Source: Thermoanaerobaculia bacterium
GTDB taxonomy: Bacteria > Acidobacteriota > Thermoanaerobaculia > Gp7-AA8
Direction of reading: 5' to 3'
Length of the DNA: 64,000 nt
NCBI GenBank assembly: GCA_017883205.1
Contig: JADGNZ010000005.1
Location: 30,989 to 94,988 of the forward strand
Under the pieces are notes generated by a model that saw only the letters and a program-made list of their open reading frames with translations, was not told the DNA's origin and searched no databases. A program made the position numbers and the translations under genes. How positions within the stretch are numbered: the first letter of the stretch is position 1; the number at the start of each line of letters is the position of its first letter. Shown here piece after piece: positions 47,498 through 56,857 of the stretch.

Positions 47498-48285
47498 TCA
47501 CATCTGCCGGAACAGGTGCAGGTAGCTGCGGCTGACGGGCAGCACTTCTTTGTGCCCCTTCAAGTGGATCTCGGCAGTTTCGTTGTCGTGTCGCCGGACA
47601 TGGCTGATGGCGCGGAGGTTGACGACGATCGATCGATGAACCTGCGCGAACTGTCCGGGGTCGAGCTGGGCAAGGAGATCCTTCAATGCCGTGCGAACTA
47701 CGGCCTCGCCGGGCCGGCCGGCCTCATCGCGCCAGGCGACCAGCGTGTACTTGGCGTCCGAGCGCAGGTAGTCAATATCGTCGACAGGAATCAGGCGCAA
47801 GGTCTGGCCGGTCTGGGCGCGAAGCCAGCGCAGCGGTGGCGGAACAGCGCTCTGCATCTGCGCCAGTTGTGCCGTGAGCTGCTCGAGTAGTACCTCGGTA
47901 TTCACCGCCGGCCGCGCCGCCTGCAAGCGTTCCTCAAGGCGAGCCACGGTCTCCGCCAGACGCTTCTGCTCCACCGGCTTCAACAGGTAATCAAGTGCGC
48001 CCTGCGCGAAGGCCTGAACGGCGTAGTGGTCGTGCGCCGTAACGAACACAAGATGAGCGCGACGGCCGATGTGATTCGCCGCATCCACGCCGGAGAGACC
48101 GGGCATCTGGACGTCGAGAAAACAGATGTCGGGACGCCGTTCGTCGAAGAGTTTGATCGCTTCGCGGCCGTTGCGCGCTTGTGCGATGACATCGAGCTCG
48201 GGCCATGCTTGCGCGAGCTGCCGCGTCAGCGCTTCGCGAAGCAGCGGCTCATCGTCAGCAATCAACGCGGTCGGACGGCGAAGCA
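47498..48285 (-). CDS. LytTR-family two-component response regulator (REC + LytTR DNA-binding domain)
   Basis: Start trimmed to MLRRPTALIADDEPLLREAL (the track ORF extends ~100 Arg-rich codons upstream, over the kinase gene). REC motifs (ADDEP, D-54-like FLDVQMPG, KP) and C-terminal LytTR (RLIPVDDIDYLRSDAKYTLV...). The boundary is +/-1 nt because the overlap frame was not resolved. Confidence 0.85.
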
Positions 48286-49377
48286 TCAGTTCGAGCCTCC
48301 ACGCGCCGGGAGGTCCAGCTCGGCGCAAACGCCTCGGGGCTCCTGGGCGGTAACGCGTAGCACCGCATCGCCGCCGAACATGAGCTGCAGACGCTCGCGC
48401 AACGCAGTGAGGCCCGTTCCGAGTCCCTCGTTCGTCCGCCGGAGTCCCACGCCCGTGTCGATCACGCGGATCAGACAGCGGTCGCGGTCTCGTTGCACAT
48501 GAATGTCGATGCGCCCGCCTTCTTCGCTGGGGTCGATGCCGTGGCGCACGGCATTCTCCACGAGCGTCAGGAGCGCCGTCGGCGGGCACGGCAGCGCGAG
48601 CGCCGCTTCATCGACGTGCAGTTCGAATTGGAGCCGATCCGGCATGCGCATGTGCATCAACTCGAGGTAAGCCTCGACGAGTTGCAACTCCCGGGCGAGC
48701 GTCGTGACCGGCTCGTGTAGCTGAGGCACGGCCGCGCGGAGATAGGCGGTCAGGCTCCGCAGCACAACCGGCGCTTGCGGCGATCCCGCGTCGACCAGGG
48801 CCTGCACATTGGCCAGCGTGTTGAACAGGAAATGCGGTGCGACCTGCGCTTGCAGCAGGCTGAGACGCGCGTCCAGCGCCTGGCGCTCAAGCTCGCTGCG
48901 CTCCAGATCGAACGCGAGCGCTTGATGGCGGGCGAAGGCCTCCTTCTGCCGCAGCAGGGCGGCGAGGGCGGTCCACGGTGCCAGCAGGATGCTTAGGAAC
49001 GTCAGCGACATCCAGCCGTCCATCCGATCCTTGACCAGCCAGAACGGCGGAGCGCCGGCCTTCGTCGCGAGGATGTAGATCGTGACGGTTGTCAGAGGCA
49101 TGGCCACTCCGACCCCAACGACCTGCAACACCCATCGAGCGAGCCACCGTGGCAGCCGCTTCGGCCACTGCTCGAAGATTCCAAACATCAGCACTGCGAC
49201 CAGCCCGAGCGCTACCGTGCGAAGCAGCGCCGCCCATGGGCCGGATGTCCAATGAAAACCGAGCGGCAGGCCCACTGCCAGAGCGAGACCCAGGGCAACG
49301 AAGAAACGAGCCCACCCCTTCGTAAGCGCGGCCGCAGGCTGCAATGCAGAAGCGGCAGATCCGGGCATGTCATTCAT
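48286..49377 (-). CDS. LytS/YehU-family sensor histidine kinase (membrane sensor + His_kinase + HATPase_c)
   Basis: Several N-terminal TM helices. His-kinase box VAPHFLFNTLANV. ATPase motifs (LVENAVRHG, DTGVGL, GTGLGL). Immediately upstream of, and co-directional with, the LytTR regulator. Confidence 0.8.
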   Translation of the reverse strand: MNDMPGSAASALQPAAALTKGWARFFVALGLALAVGLPLGFHWTSGPWAALLRTVALGLVAVLMFGIFEQWPKRLPRWLARWVLQVVGVGVAMPLTTVTIYILATKAGAPPFWLVKDRMDGWMSLTFLSILLAPWTALAALLRQKEAFARHQALAFDLERSELERQALDARLSLLQAQVAPHFLFNTLANVQALVDAGSPQAPVVLRSLTAYLRAAVPQLHEPVTTLARELQLVEAYLELMHMRMPDRLQFELHVDEAALALPCPPTALLTLVENAVRHGIDPSEEGGRIDIHVQRDRDRCLIRVIDTGVGLRRTNEGLGTGLTALRERLQLMFGGDAVLRVTAQEPRGVCAELDLPARGGSN

Positions 49378-49675
49378 CCGCGGTCGTCACCAGACTTTGC
49401 CATGGGCAGCACGGTCACAGAACCGCGTCGTCGATCCGCTTTACTCCGCGGTGGACCTTGTGAAATGGATGGCACTCCCTGGCCGAAGATCGGATCGGTG
49501 TTACGCCACGGCCTGGATTCGCCGTTCGTCGTTCTCCTCCGCGTCTCAGGCGTTAAGAAGCGTCATTCGTCGCATGCTGCGTCATTCGCTCTCTTTCCAG
49601 CCGATACTCGGGCCACGGTTCGCAAGGAAAACACCTGCGAGGCACATGCGCACACGATCCAGCGGGGAGAGTCCA

Positions 49676-50092
49676 ATGAAACACACTGTGATGTTGACCG
49701 TCGCATCTCTGCTCTCGATCCTCTTCTTTACGCTTCACCTGGCGGACGACATCGTGCGCGGGTTCGAGCCGGGTACGCTCACAAACCTCATCGCGGTGCC
49801 CACCCTTGTCTTCTGGCTGTGTGGAACATTGATGCTTGCCGAGCGGCGATCGGGGTACATCATCACGCTCCTGGGAGGGCTCTTGTCCTCGCTCGTCCCA
49901 CTCGCCCACATGAGGGGGAAGGGTGTCGGCATCACCAGCAGAATCGCCAATTCCAATGGACATTTCTTCTTCGTCTGGGTGCTGTTCGCGATCGGCGTGA
50001 CCGGTCTCTTCTCCGTCATCCTCTCGGTGCACGGACTGTGGAGTCTGCGACGGGGACACGCCGATAGTTCTCCTCAGACGAGAGTCTCGTGA
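49676..50092 (+). CDS. Small integral membrane protein (~138 aa, 4 predicted TM helices), unknown function
   Basis: Start at ATG 49676 preceded by GGGGAGAG. The track ORF's first ~100 codons are Arg/Ser-rich junk. Hydrophobic segments LTVASLLSILFF, LIAVPTLVFWLCGTLML, IITLLGGLLSSLV, FFFVWVLFAIGVTGLFSVIL. GTGA-coupled to the esterase gene. Confidence 0.6.
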   Translation: MKHTVMLTVASLLSILFFTLHLADDIVRGFEPGTLTNLIAVPTLVFWLCGTLMLAERRSGYIITLLGGLLSSLVPLAHMRGKGVGITSRIANSNGHFFFVWVLFAIGVTGLFSVILSVHGLWSLRRGHADSSPQTRVS

Positions 50093-51084
50093 GCGTCATC
50101 CGCAGAGCTCTGCGTCTGTTCCTTCGGGGTGTGACCGTCGTTATTGTGCTGGTCGTGGTGCTGGCTGCGCTGTTCGGCTACTTCGTCTACACGCCTGCTC
50201 CTGAAGTGCCACGACTGTCCGGCACGCTGACCAGGGGAAGCATCGAGGTAGGTGGGCTGCAGCGGACTTACCGGACCTACGTGCCGCGGGGATTGGCAAG
50301 AGGAGCGCCGCTCGTCGTGGTGATGCACGGCGCGGGTGAAAACGGCGCGCAAATGCGGATCGAGACCGGATACGGGTTCGATCGGCTTGCGGACGAACAT
50401 GGCTTTGCGGTCGTCTATCCGAATGCATATGAGGGGTACTGGGACGTTTGCACCGTCGCCGAGGACGTCAGCGCGAACGGGCACAAGGTCGACGATGTCG
50501 GTTTCCTGACGGGGATGGTCGACAAGCTCGTTCGCGAAATCGGCGCCGACCCCAATCGCGTGTTCGCGGCTGGCAGTTCCCGCGGCGGTTTTATGACGTT
50601 TCGTCTGGCGCTCGAAGCTCCTTCCCGGTTTCGCGCAGTCGCAGCGGTGTCAGCGAACGTGCCGTCGCCGGAGAACTTCAAGTGCAAGCCCACGAGCGAG
50701 GGCACTCCTTCCGTGATGATCATGAACGGTACGGAGGACCCTCTCGTCCCGTTCGACGGTGGTTCGGTCAGCCTCTTCGGCTTGTTCTACAAGCTTGGCA
50801 AGGTCCGGTCGTCACGGGAGTCAGGCCAGTATTTTGCGGACCTCAACCACATCACGGGCACGCCTGAAACACAGCAGACCCAGGTGGCGGGCGGAGCCCG
50901 CGTGGAGCAGGTGCTCTGGCGCAACAACTCCAACGTGGAGGTGGAGCTCGTCGCCATTCACGGCGGTGGACATGGCATCCCTCAGCCGTACCGCCGTCGT
51001 CCGCGATTACTCGGCCCGTCGCCCATGGAACCGAACGGACCGGCGGTGATCTGGGCCTTTTTCGATCGACAGCGGCCCAGGTAG
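50089..51084 (+). CDS. Alpha/beta-hydrolase esterase of the PHB-depolymerase (LpqC-like) family
   Basis: N-terminal TM/signal segment. Conserved block VVVMHGAGENGAQM. Nucleophile elbow G-S-S-R-G (AAGSSRGGFM), which fits GxSxG. C-terminal HGGGHGIP. Confidence 0.85.
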   Translation: MSVIRRALRLFLRGVTVVIVLVVVLAALFGYFVYTPAPEVPRLSGTLTRGSIEVGGLQRTYRTYVPRGLARGAPLVVVMHGAGENGAQMRIETGYGFDRLADEHGFAVVYPNAYEGYWDVCTVAEDVSANGHKVDDVGFLTGMVDKLVREIGADPNRVFAAGSSRGGFMTFRLALEAPSRFRAVAAVSANVPSPENFKCKPTSEGTPSVMIMNGTEDPLVPFDGGSVSLFGLFYKLGKVRSSRESGQYFADLNHITGTPETQQTQVAGGARVEQVLWRNNSNVEVELVAIHGGGHGIPQPYRRRPRLLGPSPMEPNGPAVIWAFFDRQRPR

Positions 51085-51137
51085 TCACTCCTTTTCAGAT
51101 TAACCGCCGAAGAGAAAACGATGACCGGAGAGAGCAC

Positions 51138-51359
51138 ATGACCACGACGAGCAGGAACGCCAGAATCGCAGGGTTCCTCTATCTATTACTGGCGATCGCC
51201 GGCCCCCTCCGTTTCATGTACATTCCCGATACCCCGTTTGCGCATGGGAGCCTCACTCAGCTACTTGGTGTACGCCTGCAAATTCGGTCGGAACACCTGA
51301 GTGCTGATGCCGGGATGTTTGTTTTCGATCGTATCGTTGGCGGATTCTTCATCCTTTAA
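51138..51359 (+). pseudogene. Possible N-terminal remnant of a DUF4386-like membrane protein gene (MTTTSRNARIAGFLYLLLAIAGPL...), truncated after ~73 codons where it meets the 3' end of the convergent effector gene
   Basis: The N-terminus resembles the DUF4386 family start (recalled from memory, not searched). The ORF is short and overlaps the effector gene's 3' end by ~100 nt. The surrounding 51260-52100 segment is visibly less GC-rich. Confidence 0.35.
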
Positions 51360-53249
51360 GGGATGAAGAGCTTTCTGGTGTGCGTCGGTGCTATGCCAAG
51401 CGTTGATGTACTTTTCTCTCATTGTATTGATAATGCTTGGATAGCTCATCTCCCCAATACCGAAACCCTCGAAATACAATGTCTTACCATCTTTCCGCGT
51501 AAAGACGGCCCACTCTCCATTCCATAAGCCTGAAGGTGCTAATTCCCTGTAGTCGCGATAATTCACAAACGACACAGTGTCGCCTGGAACAAGGTCCTCT
51601 AGATTCGAAAGTCTCACCACACGCAGATATGGTTGCTTCGCACTGTTCACCGAGGATAGCAGAGGATGTTTCGTATTGCCGGAGTTATAGGATCCGGTTG
51701 GGTTTCCGACGATCATTTGTCCAAAATGAACGTCGAATGTCTTTGCACCAAACACGTTGAGTAACGATTGATAGTGTAGGAGGCCCGCTACGGTGGCACA
51801 GTCAGCAACGATTCTTTGTTCGAGAGGTTTTGGCAGCGTGACCTTCTCAATTGCTGCGGCGGCTCCCCCGCCGCGATTAAGCTGGAAGCCGCCAGGTGCG
51901 AATTTTGTATCTGTCGAAACAGGGGACCAGGCGGCCGTGTCCCGTAGGTCAAATCCCTTGTCTGTTGCTGTCGGGAATCGTCCGAATTGTGTATTGCTGT
52001 TATTGGCAAGCGATGCGTACAGTATGAGTGCTAAACGGTAGAGCACTTCGTTCGTGACGTCCGATGCCGAGTCAAAGTTAAAGTCGTAGTTTCGACGCTG
52101 TGATTCGAACTCGCCGACAACGGCCGCATAGCCCGATTTTTTCGAGGGGACTTCCTGTTGGGATTTGGCGTCCTGCATTTCTCGAAGGATCTGCGCCGCC
52201 CGCTTTTTCGCGGTCTCCTCCGTGAAGGGCATGTCTTTTGCCGAGTTGAACGACCCGCCCGTCTTCGATGTCAGACCCGCGACGACACCGGTGTACCAGG
52301 CGCTGACGCCAGCAGTCACTGCAGGCAACAGCTGTCCTGCTTTGGTTTTCTTTCCGCCGACGACGATCTTTCGTTGGACTGTGTCGGATGCAGATTGTGT
52401 GGTGTGGGCCAACTCGTGAGCTAGTAGATGGCGGCCTTCATTCGTGTCCGGGGCGTACTGGCCTCGCCCGAATACGATGTCCGTGCCCAGTGTGAACGCA
52501 CGCGACCCTGTGGCGTCGGCAATCTGTTCCGCCTCGTGGCCGACATGAATGCGCACGCCGCTAAAGTTTCGCCCGAATCGCGGTTCGAAGAACTGTCGCG
52601 TGGCGGTATCAAGAGGTTGGCCCGTCGAAGGTCGTGTTAAGCGTCCTCCACCGCCTCGGAGGGAGGGATTCTGGGTCTCAGGCTCAGGCGTCTGCATGAC
52701 CGAATCAGCTATGCGATCAGCCTCCTGCTCATGGAGATCTCCCGGTTCGCTCAGTCTCATTTCTCCGATTACCGCGCCGTCAAAGCGTCCCGGTACCCCA
52801 CGATGGGACGGCAGACCATTCGAGGTCGAGTGGTTACCTTCGCCGATATTCGTCTTCTTGTTGCCGCCAACAGGTCTTGTAATTTCCGGGGGGGCGGTCG
52901 CTCGGGTGTCGTGGTGAATATGCACGAGGCTGAGGTCGTGGCGGCCGAATGACTCCTGAATGCGGTCGAAGAACGGCAGTCTCTCCGTCGCACCGGCGTG
53001 AGCGCTGCTCACTGCTTCGTGAACCTTCTCCAAGTCAGCGGGCTCGCCTTCGCGTGAGTCGTGCCGCATCTGTAGCACCGGCGTCGTCGCGCGCACCGGG
53101 ACATGGCTGAAGTCGTGCTCGAAGCGTCCGGCGACCGAAGAAGCATGCGCCTGCGGAGCGTGCGATTGAACGCGCCGTGTCGGCGTCCAAGCACCATCTG
53201 CCGGTTCGGTGCTGGTTCCTGCTTTCCTCGATGTTCGAATAGCCTTCAT
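51261..53249 (-). CDS. eCIS-associated effector: N-terminal DUF4157 domain(s) with HExxH (zincin-like) motif + ~300-aa C-terminal domain of unknown function (lower GC)
   Basis: Start set to ATG 53249 (MKAIRTSRKAG...), 26 nt downstream of the preceding gene's stop. The track ORF extends to 53552 over the neighbouring gene in Arg-rich sequence. DUF4157 hallmark: FGRNFSGVRIHVGHEAEQIADATGSRAFTLGTDIVFGRGQYAPDTNEGRHLLAHELAHTTQ. Partial second copy upstream (AGRFEHDFSHVPVR). The C-terminal part contains DCATVAG...H...D candidates. Confidence 0.8.
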   Translation of the reverse strand: MKAIRTSRKAGTSTEPADGAWTPTRRVQSHAPQAHASSVAGRFEHDFSHVPVRATTPVLQMRHDSREGEPADLEKVHEAVSSAHAGATERLPFFDRIQESFGRHDLSLVHIHHDTRATAPPEITRPVGGNKKTNIGEGNHSTSNGLPSHRGVPGRFDGAVIGEMRLSEPGDLHEQEADRIADSVMQTPEPETQNPSLRGGGGRLTRPSTGQPLDTATRQFFEPRFGRNFSGVRIHVGHEAEQIADATGSRAFTLGTDIVFGRGQYAPDTNEGRHLLAHELAHTTQSASDTVQRKIVVGGKKTKAGQLLPAVTAGVSAWYTGVVAGLTSKTGGSFNSAKDMPFTEETAKKRAAQILREMQDAKSQQEVPSKKSGYAAVVGEFESQRRNYDFNFDSASDVTNEVLYRLALILYASLANNSNTQFGRFPTATDKGFDLRDTAAWSPVSTDTKFAPGGFQLNRGGGAAAAIEKVTLPKPLEQRIVADCATVAGLLHYQSLLNVFGAKTFDVHFGQMIVGNPTGSYNSGNTKHPLLSSVNSAKQPYLRVVRLSNLEDLVPGDTVSFVNYRDYRELAPSGLWNGEWAVFTRKDGKTLYFEGFGIGEMSYPSIINTMREKYINAWHSTDAHQKALHPLKDEESANDTIENKHPGISTQVFRPNLQAYTK

Positions 53250-53275
53250 GTGAAAAGCACCCCAAGTGCCGACTC

Positions 53276-54676
53276 CTACACCGGCGTCACCGGCGTCGCC
53301 CACTGCGCGAACCTGCTCCTCAAATCCGTTAGGGCGTTGTCGTTGAGCCGTACGCTCGCCAGCGGCGCGTAGTGGTGATCGACTCCGTTGGGCGGCATCG
53401 CACGCGGGGCGCCGTTGTCGTCGTTGGGCCAGACTGCGTTGCCGGTGGCGGTACGGGTGGGGATCAGCCAGTAGTCGCCGGTGCGGTAGGTTGCTTGCGG
53501 GGGCGAGACAAGGGAGAACTGGACCTGTACGCCGTCGGCAAGGTCGATCCATGGGTCGGTCGGGAGTGTGCGCGTGTCGATCGTGATGACGTTCGATGCC
53601 CAGCGGCGGAGGATGGGGCGTAGCGTGAGGTCGTTGCCTGTGTTGCCTATCGGGGGCGCGTTGAGCTTCACGGTCAGATCGTCGAGACCTACCCAGACGA
53701 CCTGGAGCAGCGGATTGGCGATGCCGTTATCGAGCACGTTGTCGTCGACGACTTCCACCCAATCGTTCACGCAGATCTGCGTACGGGCATCGCGGCCGAG
53801 GGAGTCGAGGTGGAGGATGACGCCCTCGATCTTTCGGATCGGATAGACGATCGAAGCGTTGTCGGCCGACCATTTAAACGTGGCCTGTTTGTCGGGATTA
53901 CCGGCCGGATCATGGATCTCGACGCGGAACAGACGGTTCTCCGTCCCGCGATAGAGCGCCTCGGGGGCGATCGTGCACGGGTCCGTCGATTCCGATTCGC
54001 TCGCTTTCGCGCGCATGCGGGCTCCGGTGCGCAGGAGAAGATTGAGCGCGATGTAACGGAGGTCCGCGCCGAGCGTCGAGACCGCGGTGGTGAGAGGCGG
54101 TTTCACCTGCGCCTGGTCGAGTGTCTTCAGCCTCCTGACGAGCACATCGAACGGCTGAAATGGCATCGCGCGCACCGTCCACTTCACGACGGCGCGGCTG
54201 CTCGTGTCGGGACCGAGGAGCGCGAGCTCGCGGATGCTGTCATCCTGTTCGGAGGAGACGTGGCGCTCGTAGACATCGAGATAGAACAACAGTGCCTGCT
54301 CGGCACCGCCCGCGCCATTGTTCATGTTGCTGGAGATCGTGATCGGCAAGCCGTATGTACGATTCTTGTCGTCCTGAATCGACTCCCAATAGTCAGCATC
54401 GGGAAGGTTGAGGCAGCGGATGCCGTCGACGTAGTACTGGCCCCATCGGAGCTGAAACGCATCCTTCACCAGCGGGCTGGAAAGGAGGATCTCGAAGCTG
54501 TCGTTCAGGCCGCCGTGCGGGCCGATGAGGTCGCGCCCGAGGCCGCGCAGGAAGCGCAGCAACGACTCGGTGTTCTCGTTGACGTCGCGGTCGAGTTGGA
54601 CGCGGCCCTGCTGGATGAGAACGCGTGAAACGGCCTCGTTGTAGTTGAAAGGATCCCAACTGAAATCGCCTTGCAT
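53276..54676 (-). CDS. 466-aa hypothetical protein of the eCIS locus (between baseplate genes and the effector); no P-loop, no recognisable family
   Basis: ORF with normal composition (MQGDFSWDPFNYNEAVSRVLIQQGRVQLDRD...), co-directional and tightly spaced with neighbours. Confidence 0.65.
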   Translation of the reverse strand: MQGDFSWDPFNYNEAVSRVLIQQGRVQLDRDVNENTESLLRFLRGLGRDLIGPHGGLNDSFEILLSSPLVKDAFQLRWGQYYVDGIRCLNLPDADYWESIQDDKNRTYGLPITISSNMNNGAGGAEQALLFYLDVYERHVSSEQDDSIRELALLGPDTSSRAVVKWTVRAMPFQPFDVLVRRLKTLDQAQVKPPLTTAVSTLGADLRYIALNLLLRTGARMRAKASESESTDPCTIAPEALYRGTENRLFRVEIHDPAGNPDKQATFKWSADNASIVYPIRKIEGVILHLDSLGRDARTQICVNDWVEVVDDNVLDNGIANPLLQVVWVGLDDLTVKLNAPPIGNTGNDLTLRPILRRWASNVITIDTRTLPTDPWIDLADGVQVQFSLVSPPQATYRTGDYWLIPTRTATGNAVWPNDDNGAPRAMPPNGVDHHYAPLASVRLNDNALTDLRSRFAQWATPVTPV

Positions 54677-54688
54677 GATGGCTCTCCC

Positions 54689-56857
54689 TCAGTCTGCGTA
54701 GATGATTCCGGTCTCCATGCCGGCGGGGGTTGCGTGATCGAGGCGGGCGCGCAGATTGGCCACCCGCTGGGGAAGAAACAGATCGTGGAACGCGCCCATC
54801 TCCGACTCGTCATCAGCGCCGCTGCTGATCTCGGAGGCGGTGCAGAGCGTGAGCTGGGCGTAAGCGGAATCGTCGAAGCGCATGCTGCCGAAGCGTGGCA
54901 CAACGCGGCGCTCCTCGGCGGCGAGTAGAGCATCGACGTTCTGCCCCGGCGCGGCGTGATCCCGCACTGCTTTCTCGACGAGATCGGGCTGGCAGTGATA
55001 GCGCCGCGGCGTACGCGAATCGGGCGGCACGTAGCAGAAACGCACACAGCCGCCCTGCCGCCGGACGATGCGCACGGCCGCGCCGAAGAGCGTGTTCTCG
55101 GCGAGCTCCATCGCGTGAGCAAGGACTTTCCCGAAGACCGTACAGCGGACGAAGCTGACCGCGGCCCAGGCGTAGCTTGATCCGGGACCGACGACGGCTT
55201 CCAGATCGTTCGAGGTGGCGTCGACGATCGAGTCACGCACGTCGATGGCGACCGGTTCCCCTTCCGCCGTTTCGTTCATCACCGCGATCGTCCCAACGAT
55301 GCTGCTCTGCACCGTCACGCGGCCCGTGAGGTTGTCGATCTCCAGGCTTGCCTCTGTTGGTGCCACGCAACTGCAGTCGGAGCGCAGGCTCCATCCCGGC
55401 ACGAGCGTGCAACGCTGCACCAGCACGCGCGCGCTGACCGGCTTGTCGCCTTTTCCTTCGACGCGCAGCGGACGGCCGGCCAGCACGATTCCGTCGAGCG
55501 TGAAGCGGGAGCCTTCGCTCATGATGACGCGCAGCGACTCGCCGCTCGACGGCTGGTAGTCGAGTACGCGGACGACGGGGCGGCAGCGATTGGCCGCGCG
55601 GATCTGCAGGCTCGTTCCCGCGTCGAGCGCAACGTCGATCTCGCCCGACTCGGTGTAGAAGCCGCTGTCTGCGATCTCGATGACGGCGTGCGCCGGCTTT
55701 TCGTCGAACCAATGCGCCAGCGCTTTCTGGAGAGTGGCGTGCTCCTCGTTCGGCCCGACGCGATAGAGCACGGCGTGCGACGGCTGCATGAGCGTGCGCG
55801 GCGACTCGTGCGCGCCAATGTCAGCGCTGAATCCGTAGCGGTAGGAGACGGCCACCTTCGCTTCGCGCGGCAGGGCGATCCGGCCGAGCTGGGGATCGAC
55901 GACCACTTTCCCGTCGGGCGGCCGGTACTTCCAGCCGGTCAGGTCGGCGGCGATGATGTCCTCCGCGCTCACCGGCGTGTCGGAGCCGTCGAGCCAGATG
56001 GCGAAACTCTTCGGCGTCCCGTCGGGCTCGAAGCCGTAGTAGTCGTCACGGTGCAGCTCGAGCGCGCGGCGGCGGATCGGCGCGGGCACGTTGACTTCAT
56101 CGGCGATGGTGGTGGGATCGGGCTCCGGCTCGGCGCGCGTGAAGAGCGGCGCGTCGTTGCCGAGCGCGCTGAACGTGTAGAAGTAGAAGCCGCTGCCGCG
56201 CTGCAGGAAGTAGGCGGGAGCGTGCGTGACCGGAAAGGCGCGCAGGCGCCAGACGTATGCGGCGGCGTTGGGGATGTTGTGGCGGCCGGGATTGCGCGCG
56301 GCGTTGATGTTGCGGACGTCGATGGTGTGGCCGCTGCGGTCGAAAGGCGTGTCGATCAGGTCGAGCGCCTCGCCGTCGCGCAGATCGAGAAGACGGCCGC
56401 GGGCGTCGGTGCGGGAGACGAGCTGCGTTCTGCCGAGGAGTGTGAAGAACTCGACGGCGCGCGAAGGGAAGCCGGCGGAATCGTTGGCGAGCTGCTCGAC
56501 GAGCGCCAGCGTCCCGCGGCGGCGCAGGCTGCGCAGGTAATTCGCCACGTCGCGTCGCGGCGCGGCGGCTCGGGCGCGCAGCCGGGTCTCCGCGGCAGAG
56601 TCGCTGCCGTCGTCGACGAACGGAACGGCGCTGTAGCCGGCGAGATCGCCGATGTAGGGCACGATCCAGTCGCGGCAGGTCTCGATGAACCAATCGTCGT
56701 ACATCTGCGCGATGTCGTCCTCGATGACGTTGACCTGCTCCGCGATCACGCGCAGCAGACCGCGCAGCGGATAGCCCTGAGCGACGTCGCGCTGGCGATA
56801 GACGGCCGGCAGCAACGCGTACAGGCGGTCGATGCGGTCCTGCGTGGGCTCAGTCAT
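54689..56857 (-). CDS. 722-aa baseplate-distal protein with phage P2 gpI-like (tail protein I) N-terminal region
   Basis: Start moved to MTEPTQDRIDRLYALLPAVYRQRD (ATG ~56857, ATGA overlap with the upstream gene). 'LYALLPAVYR...LLRVIAEQVNVIEDDIAQMYDDWFIETC..WIVPYIGDL' resembles the gpI family N-terminus (from memory). Confidence 0.65.
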   Translation of the reverse strand: MTEPTQDRIDRLYALLPAVYRQRDVAQGYPLRGLLRVIAEQVNVIEDDIAQMYDDWFIETCRDWIVPYIGDLAGYSAVPFVDDGSDSAAETRLRARAAAPRRDVANYLRSLRRRGTLALVEQLANDSAGFPSRAVEFFTLLGRTQLVSRTDARGRLLDLRDGEALDLIDTPFDRSGHTIDVRNINAARNPGRHNIPNAAAYVWRLRAFPVTHAPAYFLQRGSGFYFYTFSALGNDAPLFTRAEPEPDPTTIADEVNVPAPIRRRALELHRDDYYGFEPDGTPKSFAIWLDGSDTPVSAEDIIAADLTGWKYRPPDGKVVVDPQLGRIALPREAKVAVSYRYGFSADIGAHESPRTLMQPSHAVLYRVGPNEEHATLQKALAHWFDEKPAHAVIEIADSGFYTESGEIDVALDAGTSLQIRAANRCRPVVRVLDYQPSSGESLRVIMSEGSRFTLDGIVLAGRPLRVEGKGDKPVSARVLVQRCTLVPGWSLRSDCSCVAPTEASLEIDNLTGRVTVQSSIVGTIAVMNETAEGEPVAIDVRDSIVDATSNDLEAVVGPGSSYAWAAVSFVRCTVFGKVLAHAMELAENTLFGAAVRIVRRQGGCVRFCYVPPDSRTPRRYHCQPDLVEKAVRDHAAPGQNVDALLAAEERRVVPRFGSMRFDDSAYAQLTLCTASEISSGADDESEMGAFHDLFLPQRVANLRARLDHATPAGMETGIIYAD

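Noticed and set aside
49252-50067. 271-aa plus-strand ORF upstream of the small membrane protein gene
   Set aside because: Arg/His-rich junk in a different frame. The real gene is the hydrophobic 138-aa protein starting at 49676, which has an SD.
51336-51360. Hairpin TCTTCATCC-TTTAAG-GGATGAAGA as a rho-independent terminator
   Set aside because: It lies inside the coding 3' end of the effector gene, not downstream of it, and lacks a U-tract on the relevant strand.
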